Shown here in pieces: positions 25,429 through 26,386 of a stretch of 26,386 nucleotides of DNA. The DNA lies in the NCBI GenBank assembly GCA_017998755.1, contig JAGOCL010000001.1, forward strand, positions 1-26,386. Direction: 5' to 3'. The DNA comes from Spirochaetota bacterium. Its GTDB lineage: Bacteria; Spirochaetota; GWE2-31-10; MWDO01. The notes under the pieces were generated by a model that saw only the letters and a list, made by a program, of their open reading frames with translations, was not told the DNA's origin and did not search any database. Within the stretch, counting starts at the first letter, position 1; every line of letters begins with the position of its first letter. The translations under genes and the position numbers were made by a program.

Positions 25429-26173
25429 TAATAAACTCCAAAGCCAATTCCTCGTACGCTTTTGCGCCAAGGCAATTTTTATCGTGAAGATAAACCGGAA
25501 TTCCAAAAGAAGGGGACTCCGCTATTCTTATATTTCTTGGAATCATAGTTTTATAAACCTTTTTGCCGAAATGGCCTATAACGTTTTTTGCAACGTCGTC
25601 GGTCAGATGGGTTCTTTTATCGAGCATTGTGAGTAAGACGCCCTCAATTTGCAATTTTGGGTTTAGATTTTTCTTTACAAGATTAATAGTGTTAATCAAC
25701 TGAGTCAAACCTTCCAAAGCAAAGAACTCAGTTTGAAGAGGAATTAGTATGGTATCCGCCGCCGTAAGTCCGTTTAGAGTCAGTATTCCAAGCGAAGGGG
25801 GGCAATCAATAAATATATAATCAAAAGCCGGTCTTATTTTTTCTAATGTGTTTTTTAAATAAAATTCTCTTTTATCTTTTTCAATTAATTCAACTCCGGC
25901 GCCGGTAAGGTTGATATTAGAAGGGATAACGTAACAGTTGTCAATCTTAGTTTTAACAAGAGTTTTCTCAACGTCTATGATCCCCATTATCGCTTCGTAT
26001 ATCGTGTTGGAGTCTTTTTTTATACCAAATCCCGACGAACAGTTGCCCTGAGGATCGAAATCTACTACGGCAACTTTTTTTCCTTGAAGAGCGACGCTAC
26101 AGGACAAATTGATCGCGGTTGTCGTTTTTCCAACGCCGCCTTTTTGATTTGCAATAGTTATTATTTTACCCAT
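25415..26173 (-). CDS. parA: Chromosome partitioning ATPase ParA/Soj
   Basis: ANQKGGVGKTTT deviant Walker A; DFDPQGN; IDCPPSLG; EFFALEG; IPRNIRIAESPSFG. Confidence 0.96.
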   Translation of the reverse strand: MGKIITIANQKGGVGKTTTAINLSCSVALQGKKVAVVDFDPQGNCSSGFGIKKDSNTIYEAIMGIIDVEKTLVKTKIDNCYVIPSNINLTGAGVELIEKDKREFYLKNTLEKIRPAFDYIFIDCPPSLGILTLNGLTAADTILIPLQTEFFALEGLTQLINTINLVKKNLNPKLQIEGVLLTMLDKRTHLTDDVAKNVIGHFGKKVYKTMIPRNIRIAESPSFGIPVYLHDKNCLGAKAYEELALEFINGKE

Positions 26174-26248
26174 GTAATTTCAGCTCTCCGGAAAATTAAG
26201 ATAAATAATAATAACAAAATAAACGATAAAATTCAAATTTATTTGGTT

Positions 26249-26386
26249 TTATTTTTTCTTCTTTCTGTACTTCATCCTCAATTTGTCTGTAACAAGAAGA
26301 GCGGAGGGGAGTATGAAAAGAGAACCAAAAGTACAGGTCAGCATAGAAAGAGCTATCAACGTTCCAAAATAAATTATCGGTTTGAA
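26249..26386 (-). CDS. 3' end of an MMPL/RND family transporter (partial)
   Basis: Manual translation: FKPIIYFGTLIALSMLTCTFGSLFILPSALLVTDKLRMKYRKKKK*, typical of the last TM helix of MMPL proteins. Not in the ORF track. Confidence 0.7.
   Translation of the reverse strand, partial: FKPIIYFGTLIALSMLTCTFGSLFILPSALLVTDKLRMKYRKKKK

Noticed and set aside
25429-25506. 26-aa N-terminal extension of ParB in the ORF track
   Set aside because: It lies inside parA; ParB homology begins at MAKNNKGLGRGL (ATG 25428).
24400-26386. parS site near parAB
   Set aside because: No TGTTTCACGTGAAACA-like palindrome seen in this region.
1-26386. CRISPR array, IS element, prophage, integrase, or TnpB/TldR-type RNA-guided regulator near the flagellins
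   Set aside because: No regularly spaced repeats and no ORF with transposase, recombinase or RuvC motifs. The lack of a local recombinase also weakens, but does not exclude, a DNA-inversion role for the flaB2 flanking complements.

Overview
AT-rich bacterial chromosome segment, standard genetic code, almost certainly from a spirochete (Spirochaetota). It has two FlaB core flagellins with the MIINHNMS start, two FlaA sheath proteins, FlaG and FliD; the lineage cannot be fixed from sequence alone. Gene order: clpS (partial, missed by the ORF track), small membrane protein, ctpA, rpmF, plsX, flaB1, flaB2, flaG, fliD, hypothetical, murJ, dapA, DUF402, ICMT-like methyltransferase, NUDIX, hypothetical, CYTH, PadR-like. 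Then on the minus strand pdxA, hypothetical, flaA2, flaA1 and a GPAT-type acyltransferase; plus-strand SDR and DegT-like genes; and minus-strand PC4-like, 545-aa hypothetical, parB, parA and the 3' end of an MMPL/RND transporter. I saw no rRNA, tRNA, CRISPR array, transposase or integrase. The most unusual signal is non-coding. Each flagellin cistron is flanked by 5' and 3' non-coding sequences complementary to each other across about 1 kb, in the same crossed (pseudoknot-like) topology and competing with local hairpins. This suggests a possible RNA 'clasp' controlling flagellin mRNA processing, stability or read-through. Secondary signals: differential CsrA-type hairpins, tandem sigma70 and sigma28 promoters, two adjacent enzymes with altered catalytic residues, and a FlaA with a large insertion. 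All structures were read by eye, not computed.
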